Of a stretch of 64,000 nt of DNA, positions 52,723 to 64,000 are shown piece by piece (position 1 is the stretch's first letter; every line of letters starts with the position of its first letter). The translations under genes were made by a program, and so were the position numbers. A model generated the notes under the pieces. The model had not been told where the DNA came from. It was given only the letters and a program-made list of their open reading frames with translations, and searched no databases. Source of the DNA: Octopus sinensis (Eukaryota); contig NC_042997.1 of NCBI RefSeq assembly GCF_006345805.1, forward strand, positions 7,254,001 to 7,318,000, in the 5' to 3' direction.

Positions 52723-55120
52723 CCGGGGACGTTTAAGATGTGAGAGCGATAAAACAGTGCTCCGAAATCTATCCACAAACATCGAAAACAAAGACATCGT
52801 ATGGAGCCAAAAATTAACTGACAAAGGATTGGACTATATCCGAATAAGTAATACTCATAGAAATGTATTACTATTTTCGAAACGAAATGATGTATTTTAA
52901 CTGGATATCATCTCCACCTCTAACACATCACATGTAAACATGCTTGATACATTACGATCCATCAACACCAGATAATCTCCGACCCCAAACACCATGTACA
53001 AACAAACTACAAAGAGATTTAATAACACCGATATTATTCAACCCAAGAATAACAATCGGCAAGTACGTAATTTAAACTTACAACATAAAATTACGAAAAA
53101 CTACACGTGCACAACAATGTGACAACAGAAATGAACGGACCGGTACCCTACGTAAATGACGACCGTCAAAATAATGGGCCGGACGTTGTTCCTCATGTCC
53201 CGCAAATAAAACCCAAAAGACATAAATGGACACGTGAGGAATACATTTCTATCCTACGCGCATACTTTACGGCAGTGCTCTACACAAAGAATGAAAACAC
53301 AACAACACATACATATAAAATATGGAAGGAAAATAACATTAATAAAGACCTGGATACAGCAATGAACACTAATAAACCAGCTAACGTACGAAGATATATT
53401 CTCAACGCAAAAAAATATCAGAAATAGAAATAGAACATTTAAAAGAAAAATATACATCACGAAAATGTAGATAGAAGCCACACAACAATGCCCAATAATA
53501 TAAACACTGAAACAGTAAAATACGAAGACAAACGCAACATTTCCAACAAAAACGATGTAAACACAAAACAACAAACCCAGACCGTAAGGATGCATAATAA
53601 TACTCGACAAACAGCAAGTCAAAACACGACAAACAAACATACAAATGAGAAAGAAAGCGACACCAATCTAAAACATGGAAACAACGAAGGGGAGCCTAAT
53701 GATTATGATACTATATAAAGTAGAATAATCAAAGAACTGAAAACCACAGAACTCAAAATGGACCACCGACCATACCTCCCAAAATCAAAATAAGCAAAAC
53801 AACAACACCAATTATAAACAGCATAAATCTAGCCGTCACGGAAATAATAGCAACTGAAACAAAAAGAGATATCACTGAGCTAAATGACTTAGTATACGCA
53901 GCAGCCACTGCAGCCACAATAGAAGCTAGATACTCACTCAAACCCATCCAAACAGGAGTACCACCACACAAACAAACCCTGTGGATAAATAACATCCAAA
54001 ACAAAATACAAAAAATGAGAAAATATCTGTCGATCAAAAATACTCTGCCAATACCAGATCACAGAAAAAGATTTACCTGAGATAAAAGAAAAGCTAAAGC
54101 AAGATATCCTTGCCAAAGCACAAAGGATACGCCGGTACGAGAAACGCCAACGTTTCTTTGAACAAAACAAAAAGTTCAACACTAACCTCAAATAGTTCTA
54201 CCAAGAACTTGGCAAAAATAAAATAGAAATCACTGCTGCACCAACAGCAGAAGAAGTGGAAGAATTCAGACGAGAAATATGGTCGGCGAACGAACAACCA
54301 AAAAAAAAGGAGTATGAAAACAACAAACTCAGCATCTGAGCAACTTTGGACCCCCATAACAACTGAAGAGGTCACCCAGGCACTGCAAAGCCTAAGCAAC
54401 TGGATGGGACCAGAGCATGACAAGATCCCCAACTTCTGGTTGAAATATATAAAAGGAATGCACAAAAAGCTGGCTGAAAACTATAACAACATACTAGCAG
54501 AGCCAGAGATAATGCCAGAATGGCTCACGAAGGGGAAAAACCATCTTAATTCTCAAATCAAATGAGACAGCAAAACGAGGAAACTACAGACCAATAACCT
54601 CTCTCCCTACAACGTACAAGGCATTTACTGCAGTGAAATTACAAAGTTTGAACAAGCACCTGGACGAAAACAACCTGTTTCCAGAAGAGCAGAAAATATG
54701 CCGCAAAGGCTCATATGGCTGTAAAGATAACTAATGATTAATAAAGCCATAACTGAAGATAGCCACAGAGAGAAGAAATGCCTCAGTATGGCCTGGATCG
54801 ACACAAAAAGGCGTTTGATAGCATCCCCCACACATGAATCCTCGAAACACTAGCCATGAACAAAGTAGTACCAACAATTATAAAATACATAGGGCACTCT
54901 ATGAATAAATGGCAAACAGTGCTACAGCTCCAAACAAAAGAGGACTTACAAACACATATAACATACAGAAAATTGCTCTAGTAGGCACTGCACATCCTAC
55001 GCAGAATACTTTCAATACAGTAACCAGCAGAGCATCACAACAAATCACAGCACATACCCAAGGCACTCAGAGCTGCGCTCGGTAGTGAAGTGAAAGCACG
55101 CTATAAAAATAAAACTACTG
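52721..55120 (+). mobile_element. Second R4/Dong-type LINE, internally deleted (most of RT and the endonuclease missing)
   Basis: KRHKWTREEY N-terminal motif; LSNWMGPEHDKIPNFWLK; AWID-like segment jumps at ~54950 directly to the C-terminal end and 3'UTR; (AAT)n at both ends. Confidence 0.9.
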
Positions 55121-55190
55121 AATAATAATGATAATGATAATAATAATAATGATAATAATAATAATAATAAAAATAATAATAATAATAACA

Positions 55191-55258
<68 letters not shown>

Positions 55259-55261
55259 TAA

Positions 55262-55941
55262 TTGGTATAAAAGATGGGCTACAGCAAATATTCTGCTCAA
55301 AACCATAGATTTGCTTGTCAGTTGTTTGAGCTAAACCAGTTAAGCATGTCCCTTCGTGGCTGACGATATGTCCATCGCTGATCCCGAGCAGAAGTAATGG
55401 GGGAGCATCATAGCTGTGTGTTGAAAGGAATTCGTGGAGGTTTGTATAATTCACCTTTGGAAACACGGGTAGTTTGTTCAACATCCTTACACAATCCTTA
55501 TTCAGGTACCTTTTAATTGGGATGGGCTACTCGACCAGAAGAAAATTCTAACTGGGCCCCCACCTGCAAGGTCATGCGCTGTTTATCTTGATATGAGATC
55601 ACCATGTCGCGCACATATGGTTGTGATGTATGTATTTCACTACTGCCTACAAGGGGCTAAACACAGAGGGGACAAACGGATTATGTCGATTCCATCGACC
55701 CCAGGGCGTAACTTGTACTTAATTTATCGACCCCGAAATGATGAAAGGCAAAGTCGACCTCGGCGGTATTTGAACTCAGAACTCATTTCGCCCGGCGTGC
55801 TAACGAGTCTGCTAGCTCGCCGCCTGGTTGTGATGCATGTGCCTGGTGTATCCTTATCAGATGGTTTGTCATGATGTGTATAAAGGGCTTCGTATATTTT
55901 ACCCCAGTGTCAATTTGATGGCATGCACGGCTCTCTCACTC
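55262..55941 (+). repeat. Third, diverged copy of the (AAT)n-tailed non-coding element, interrupted by a SINE
   Basis: Aligns to 47761-48200; longer 3' end (TTTGATGGCATGCACGGCTCTCTCACTC). Confidence 0.9.
55629..55824 (-). mobile_element. CORE-type SINE with 11-bp TSD
   Basis: TSD TGGTTGTGATG at 55618-28 and 55825-35; the empty site is visible in the copies at ~48110 and ~48714. Confidence 0.93.
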
Positions 55942-56795
55942 AATAATAATAATAATCATTATTAATAGAAAAACCATTCATTACATGCCAAAATTAGTTT
56001 TCATCACCTAACATGCCATTATATCTTCATTACCAACCCGTTTACATCCACCACAACGCTATCACCCGCATCATGAATATTACTGTCATTATCATCAGCA
56101 TCGTCATCATCCACATCATCTAGCTTTTCTTACTTCTTCTTCTCCTCTACCCCATTACCATCGTCATCATCGTTACCGCTGATAATCCAACCTCCGTTAT
56201 TATCCGTATCAACTCAAGAAATGAAATATCATCGTCCTCCACATGATCGACATCACCATCTTGTTCTCTCCTTTTTCATCTTCATCCACCTCGCCGCCAT
56301 AACCATCTTCATCAATTCATCACTTTGATCGTTATTGTCGTCATAGTCATCGGAGTCGATCGCAGTCGTTTAGTACTCATTTAGTCGTCTTCACCACCGA
56401 CAAGAACATCAAGAAAAACAGCAAGTACCACTGTCATTTACAATCATTTAAACCATCGTTTCTGAGACACATTTTTCGGGGATTTCTGGCAATGGTATTT
56501 CTTTTCCTTTGTTTCTTGCGTGTTTATATTTCTGCGGAAATGTAAGCACACCGAGTGTATATATGTAGGCAGTGGACTGGAACTTGTTACTCTCTCCCTT
56601 TCCCTCCTCTCATTCTCTCCCTCTCTATCGCTCACACTTTCTCTCACTCTTCATCACTTCTCTGTATGTACGCATATATACCTAAATGCATAAATACGCA
56701 TATTGGCAGAGCTCCATATATATTTACATATACAGTCATATGCGTTTATGTAAATATATAAATACACAGACAGATACTCACACACACACACACAA

Positions 56796-56847
<52 letters not shown>

Positions 56848-57576
56848 TTATATATGTGTCTTATGATAATGGCAATTAGCGTCCTTTCAACATTATGTGT
56901 TATATTTCTGATGTATATGTGTACATATATAAATGCAGACAATTTTTCCCATATTAATATATTCTCTCATAGTGAAGAGAATCACAAATGACATATACAC
57001 GGAAGTACAACACACACACACATATATATATATGCGAGTGAGTGTGTGAGCGATTGCGTGTGAGTATGGTTATGTCTCTGTGCGTTTGTGTGTAGGTCTC
57101 TGCGTGTGCGTGTTTCAATGTATACATTTATCACCGTTAATGGGTAAAAGGAAATTTAATTGTCAATATCAAAAGACAAAATGGGAAATAAAAGAAAACA
57201 ATAGAACGAAGTAAAACGAGACACCAATAAAATTTTGCTGCAAAGGTTAGGCTTGTCGGTGGCTTTGTAAATATATTTATTTGTTACTATTTTTTCTTCT
57301 TTATTTTCCGGCAAAAATAATTTAACAACCAACACCGGAATGTCAGTATTTATTTTATCTAGGAAAGGAAATAAATTCATAATTAGCTTTTCTGTTTGTC
57401 AATCAACAGGAGTGAGAATGAACATCAGTCTTTTGTTAGTTGTTCATGTATAACAATTGACAAAAACCTTTCATACACTGATTTACTTACGATACGCCAT
57501 AGGGCAATAAGCTTTAAAATTTGGAGAAAATGTGACGCACATAGTCTCGTGTATACATCCACACGTATATGTATGC

Positions 57577-57616
<40 letters not shown>

Positions 57617-57671
57617 TATATATATTGTCTTGTATTATATAAAAATCATTGTATAATCATTTATATATATG

Positions 57672-57740
<69 letters not shown>

Positions 57741-57748
57741 TATGTATA

Positions 57749-57781
<33 letters not shown>

Positions 57782-58135
57782 TTATATCGGTTTATGTATT
57801 TCTAGAAATATATGTAGATGTATATATATTATACACATGTACACAAACAAAAGCGCTCAGTGGAAATACATACACACACGCGCGCAAGCGCGCGAATATA
57901 TGCACGCCGTGCACGTGTTTCTCCTTTTTAATGTAAAATTTAGGAAGGCATAGTGTTTCTTGGGAAATATTTTAGACATTCTCTACACCAGACAGGAAAC
58001 AATTACTCTCACCATTGAGGAAATATACAGGTAGAGACAAGTATTTAAGCAGAGAAAGAACCCTTCGCAATACTAAAGCGACCGGTTACGGATGGAAGGG
58101 AAATTCTACTTCGTAGGATGAATAAGTTTTATATA

Positions 58136-61100
58136 CAGGGAGAGAGAGAGATGGAACACTGAATAAATTGTCGTCTAAATTACGCAAAAATGAGAATAAC
58201 ACTCACATGTCATTTAAACAGATATATTTACCAAAGTTACATAAATATAACTTGAAATACTAAAGAGCAAATTTATTGCATTGAAAAACGGCTTCCAGAC
58301 GACTTTGGAATCTCCTGAAACTATTCTAGACGCCTTTCAAGTGTAAGTTTCTGAATGCTACCACAATCCTTGCCTTCAGTTAATCTTTGATATTAAAAGG
58401 AGTTTTTGGTCTCAAGAGTGTTGCAGTCTGGGAAGTTAGGTGGCCAGATGTTATGGATGATGAAGTCGCAGAAATTATCTGAGAGCCAAGACTGGGTTTT
58501 CCTTCTTGTGTGACATTGTGCAGAATCCTTTTGCCAGACAAATGGTCTGCCAGCAGCCATCCTCTTGATCCAGGCCAGCGCTCTTTTCTCTAGGCACCTG
58601 ATGTAGGCCTCCGTGTTGAGTCTGATGCTGTGTGGGAAGGTGAATGGAAGCATAACTTTGCCATCACTAGTGATGATCCCAAATACCATGACGTTGAGTG
58701 GATATCTATCACTCTCGGTACATGTTTGGAGACACGGCAAACCAAGGGTTACTCTGTGTATTTCAGACAGAATAGTTTTGTTTGAGAAACACCAAATCCT
58801 GTTTGATTGGAGGGGATGCTTGAGTTTGTTAAAAAGCATCGTAGTGCAGTTTTTTCTTCTTGATGGCTTGCGATAAAAATTGACCCTTTTCGCATCTTGT
58901 ATCAGGAATGCCGAATGTCTTCATGCACCACCTACCTGATAAGAAGCTTAGGCATTCCCATAGTCCTGATGATGAACTTGACTGAGTTGGAGGGATCGTT
59001 GTCATTCATGGCTTTGATCTCACCAACAAAGTCGGGAGTTTTTTTTTTATCAGAACGATCAGAGTGAGTTTTCCGAGCAGCCTTACCCTCGTAATGACCA
59101 TTAAACTCAACTAACTCTTTCTGAGTTCTCTGCACTGTCCTCAGATTGACATCCAAACACTCTGAAATGTAGGAGAGACCGCTTCCTTTGCTGTTGTAAG
59201 AAGGCTCGCAACACACTAAGCTGTACCGGGGCAAGTTGACACATATAATGGCGTATGTTGACACATGAATGCATTTTCTTGGAGCATACATGTTAGTGGA
59301 CAGAAACACATGATATACGCTTGTTGGTTTGATCAAATGCCTTTATTACGGTTTTATTACATACCATCATCAGAGTCACAATTTGGGTGTGTGAATATGG
59401 TCAGAACTGGTGTGCATGCCTCGTGAACCCAACCTTTACAATCAGAGAATTGAAGCCACACTTCGCTCCCTTTGCTGTTGGAAAAAGGCTCGCAGCACAC
59501 AAAGCAAAATCACTCTTCCTCATTAGAGCTTATAGCTATCACTTTCTTGAATTTGAACTTGTTTCTTAACAGTTGAACCTTTTCCCTACGTTGACCTCTC
59601 CTTACTGAGTCCCTTTCCTATCGTTCCATAATCAATGTTTGTCTTCTTTTTCATTTTACTTTTTGTCTTTTCTTCTATGATTGCTCTTTTAACCGGCGAG
59701 TCAGTGAGAATTTCAGAACAACGTTCCTTTCTTCCTCTAGTCGATTCTTTCCTAGGGTCTGGTTTGGATAGTGGACAGATTTGAAATGGTGAAAGAAAAG
59801 TCCTGGCGGCTATGTTGCTTAAAGACCCAGGTGTTGCAGGTGCTGAAGGCCCAGGTGCTGAAAGTGCAGGACCCGGTCGGTCAGGGACATATCTTTGTGC
59901 AAACTCCCTGTCTATGAAAATGTTGCGATTAAAAGGGCATATTCCTGTAGAAGAAAAACCGCTAAGAATGTTCGTCGGAGTTACAGTTAATGGCCATGCA
60001 GTTTGACAATACACGGAAAGTCATAAATGGTCATGGTCTGGCCAGGATGGTTGATATGCTAGTCATCAATGGCAGTTTATGTGTACTTCTTCAGTGGTTC
60101 ATAGACTTCTTTGTCCAACGGCTGTAACCTGTGTGCGCAGTGTGTTGGGAAAGAAAGCATGGTGATGCCATTGTCTGATGCATAAGTCAGCCCATCGATA
60201 CTAAGTTGGGAATGGTGATTATTTAGCAGGAGAAGGCACGGTGACTGCTTTGAACATTTCACATTCTTCACAAAGTGTTGAAGGAGTTTCACAAACTGCT
60301 CCTCACATATCCAACAAGATGGATTAGCACTTCCATCGCTGCGTGATGGTCCATTGTTCAGGAAATGTGGCCTAAAGTTCTTCCGGAGGAAAACAAAAAA
60401 ACGGTGGTATGCTGTTTACACAGCGTGCCAATGTGACCAGAGTTCCCATCCTCGCACTTGTCATTTTCCCCACTTGCTCTGTTCCTTTTCTGGCAATAAT
60501 TCTATCGGGGTGCTGCACATCCATGTTGTAGATATTGAATAGATCAAATTTATAACGAAGCATCACCTGAACAAGTTGGTTGAAAAAAAAGCAACATGTG
60601 TCTTGTTGAAACTTGTTTCTCGTGCCAAGCTTGTTGCCGTTGGATGTCTTATGAATAAATTGTTGTATCGTTGAATATATTCAGAGAACCAGTCTTCACC
60701 TGCTATTTCTGTCTCATGCCCGGTTTGAGGGATATTACATCCATGTGCCTTTGTCATCTGAAAAGCCAATTTCCGCACATCCTTTGGAGCAAGCCCATAG
60801 TAAATTTCTGCGGCAGCCAAAACATAAGCCTCTAACTGATTCTCGAACTCATATCCACTAAGACTGTGATCGTTGTTGTTTGCTTCAGCAACCTTGGGGC
60901 AGTAGCGAGACAGAGATTTTAAAGGAATGCCAAATGTCCTCGAAGCTTCCATCAAGGAGATGACACGAGCTCGAACCTGTTGAATAGACTGTTGGATTAC
61001 ATCCTGAGGAAATGCTGTCCTCTCGCTTTTGCATTTGTAGTGTCGCACCATGAAACTTGTAGATCTAGTTCTGTAAAGAGAGAGGAAGTGTGAGAAAAGA

Positions 61101-62069
61101 AGCATTTTAGCTCATTGCATAATTCAAGATTGAAAGCAAAACGAAGCTCTGAGTGTTTACCTACTTTTTAGTTTCAAGCACGCCTGGTCATGGCCTAATT
61201 TCATGTTTATATATCAATGGTACAGGTTATAAAGCTGAGGCAGTATACAAGCTGTTGACTAAGTAGGTACCGGTATGAAGATAGAATAGGTTGGTATAGA
61301 TAAAGATAGCTGATCTGAAACTATAACAAGCAATACATAAATTACTCAAGGAATTGATCCAATGTACCAGACATGAATCAAATAGCAAACACTCTTAGTT
61401 AAAATGGGATAGTTACAGTCTATGAATCAATGTAAGCAACCGACAACAACTTTATCATAGGCCGGGGCAAGTTGACACAATGTGTCACCGTGCCCCTATT
61501 TACATGTGTCAACTTGCCCCGACACCATTTCCCTCGTAAATGTAAACACTGAGAGAAAACCACTAGAGTTTCGCAAGAATCCATTTGTATAGGGTCGTGA
61601 GAGATATTTTACTAACTCCTTAAGGTTTCATACACATAATGCAGTCTTAAACAATATCCAAAATAACTAATCATCAAAAATGTCGAAAGTAACTTACCAA
61701 GTGGAAAATTGCAACGGCGACGAAATGAAATGAGGGGGAAGCTTATAATAACATAAACTACTATGATGTCATTAAATCGTTCGAAAGTAGTTTCGCTTTA
61801 TCTCTAGAGAAAAGGTGGCAACTTGCCCCTGTAGTCAACTTGCCCCGGCCTCCCCTACGTATTAGAGCGTCTGATGCGAATGCGAAGCCGTAGCGATGTA
61901 GTTTCCAAATTTCTGGCACAGTGAAGAATTACGTCATGGTGCATTTATTTATCACAGACGGTACCCAACTGATCCTACTCCACTGCGTACTAGACAGCAA
62001 AAGAAAAAAATAATAATGCACATGCGCAAAATTAAAGATATACAATGGTGACAATTTACCATTGAGACC
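58136..62069 (-). mobile_element. DD37D (maT-type) transposon pseudogene split by a nested pogo element
   Basis: WQKDSAQCH...WPPNFPDCNTL(E): 37 residues between the acidic positions. The N-terminus (PEIWK..SNT) at 61858-61950 joins (YISECLDVNLRTVQR) at 59171 and below. Degenerate TIRs share TAAATTGTC. Confidence 0.82.
59172..61855 (-). mobile_element. pogo-family (DD35D, Fot/Tigger-like) transposon with HTH, DDE_1 and C-terminal PHD-like finger; pseudogenised
   Basis: TA TSD at 59170-71 and 61856-57; repeated GGGGCAAGTTGAC terminal and subterminal motifs; AGEDWF, SARMGTLVT, LLLNNH..HRLQPLD (35 spacing, 2nd Asp now Asn); CFVCCE..WLQ..C..WVHEAC near 59390-59510. Confidence 0.88.
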
Positions 62070-62121
62070 TATGTATACACACATACACATATAATTATAA
62101 ACGTACAGAAATACATGTATG

Positions 62122-62162
<41 letters not shown>

Positions 62163-62163
62163 C

Positions 62164-62280
<117 letters not shown>

Positions 62281-62399
62281 GTATGCATAGATAGACACAC
62301 ACACATACTGATATCATTTATGTATGTCTTTGTGTGTACATTTCTATTTGTACATTTGTGCTTATGTGTATTCGCCTTTGCATATTTACATACGGGTTT

Positions 62400-62835
62400 G
62401 TGGGGTTATCTATGTACATAATTAATTCTATTACACATATTAAATTTATTTATATATTTTCTGAATAACAAGAACTATTGTTCGGAGTTGCTTAATATAC
62501 TGAATTCGATGTAGCCTGTTAAATCACCACCGATAATGTCAAAATCGATAAATTGTTTCCTTTCTCTTTGTATTTCGAATTAAATGTTATATCTGTTAAT
62601 ACTTCTTTTTATTTGCATGCGTTTATTTGAAAGTATTTGTATTAAATGTTTTCTGTCTGCAACTCGCACCATAGTTTTAATGAGTCAGATATGTGTGATT
62701 ATTACAATAGATATTGTATTTTACATGATAATTTATAGCAGGCGATGCAATTTTTCATGAATATAATAAGAGGGGAATATAATATTGCTTATATAGAATA
62801 CGACATATACTTACAAACATTCATATTTACATACA

Positions 62836-62921
<86 letters not shown>

Positions 62922-63340
62922 TTCAAATATATTCGTACGTTGATTTTTATGTCGGACGAATGAGTCAGAAGTGCTCAATACATGTACATAATATGTTTTA
63001 TTTTTATTGGAACTGAAACTAAAAGTTTGTTTCACTAATATAGTGTCACAATACTGCAACCTTGTCTGAAACATAGACCTACGGAAGGACTAGTTATAAT
63101 TAGTATTCAAACTAAGGCCGTTCTTTTACAGTGTGTTGGTAGGTTGGCTTATTGCGTATTACTTTGTACAACGTTACTATGCAGGAAACTTATGGACTAC
63201 AACTTATAGATTACAAACAGCCATTTTGTAGTGACCACCTCCAAGTAAATAGCTAACGGTTTCATTTCCATACTTGCTTTGCAGCAACAGGTCTTTTATA
63301 TTTTCCTTACGATGTATTTATTTTGGTTCATTATACATAC
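62400..63340 (+). pseudogene. Decayed LRRCT + transmembrane-like relic
   Basis: QETYGLQLIDYKQPFC (63182-63229), then IANGFISILALQQQVFYIFLTMYLFWFIIH (63249-63338) in a shifted frame. Confidence 0.38.
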
Positions 63341-63523
63341 ACGTGTGTGTGTGTGTGTGTGTGTACGTGTGTGTGTGTTTGTGTGTGTCTCTGTGTGTGA
63401 AAGATAAATGAGCAAATAAACTGGCAAAATGTTAATGGATAATCTCAGATCGCAATTTCTGGTTAAGCATAAATATGCTCTGCCTCATCATTGAGTTACA
63501 CCAGCATTAGTACAAAATTACAA

Positions 63524-63554
<31 letters not shown>

Positions 63555-63610
63555 ACCAAAACTTAAATATACGCACGTATACACACACGCGCGCACACAT
63601 ACACAACATA

Positions 63611-63644
<34 letters not shown>

Positions 63645-63647
<3 letters not shown>

Positions 63648-63893
63648 ACTTCGTCATTATATTCACTGCGGTGACATTTCTCAACATATAGCACTTGGTG
63701 TTGGACGGACAAATGAATTATTTGAGTATATACGTTTATACACACACACAATATATATAATATATATATATATATTATATATGCGTGTGTCTGTGTGTAT
63801 AAACGTATATACTCAAATAATTCATTTGTCCGTCCAACACCATGTGCTATATGTTGAGAAATGTCGCCGCAGTGAATATAGTGACGAAGTGAC
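63645..63893. repeat. Foldback: 102-bp inverted repeat with 45-bp AT/CA spacer
   Basis: 63645-63746 vs 63792-63893, 99/102 complementary; TATA outside both arms. Confidence 0.93.
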
Positions 63894-64000
63894 TATATAT
63901 TTATGATGTATATAAAGAGGATAAAATCGTTATCTAACATAATGCTAGTTTACTTATTAATTTCTTTTTTTACCTGTGCTGTATGAATACATAATGTGGT

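Noticed and set aside
55990-56420. Acidic-protein-like stretch on the minus strand
   Set aside because: Degenerate CAT/CAC microsatellite with stops in all frames
63440-63505. TAATCTCAG start resembling the miR-216 seed
   Set aside because: Poor duplex pairing beyond the seed

Overview
AT-rich, microsatellite-dense animal genomic DNA. The SINE, Penelope and R4 repeat repertoire suggests a cephalopod such as Octopus (inference). I found no intact host gene; most ORF-track entries are translations of (TA)n, (AAT)n or (GT)n. Recognisable mobile elements: a 5'-truncated Penelope-like element (RT + GIY-YIG), a CR1/Jockey-group LINE fragment, four R4/Dong-type RLE LINE copies, an RTE LINE with a deletion and inversion, a near-intact DD41D (rosa) transposon, a DD35D pogo element nested in a DD37D (maT) element, a MITE with perfect 70-bp TIRs, two non-autonomous Helitrons, several tRNA/CORE SINEs and a 102-bp foldback. 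Two signals are not explained by the ORF track. (1) Self-cleaving ribozyme folds: an HDV-like ribozyme at the exact 5' end of a solo RTE 5'UTR (12106-12247), a weaker one heading the RTE at 45.4 kb, and seven hammerhead-like motifs in Penelope-type LTR relics. (2) Much of the apparently intergenic AT-rich DNA translates on the + strand into frameshifted leucine-rich-repeat, LRRCT and TM-like peptides. This suggests a co-oriented cluster of decayed Toll-like-receptor-type genes broken up by the transposons. It rests on manual pattern recognition and needs a frameshift-aware search to confirm.
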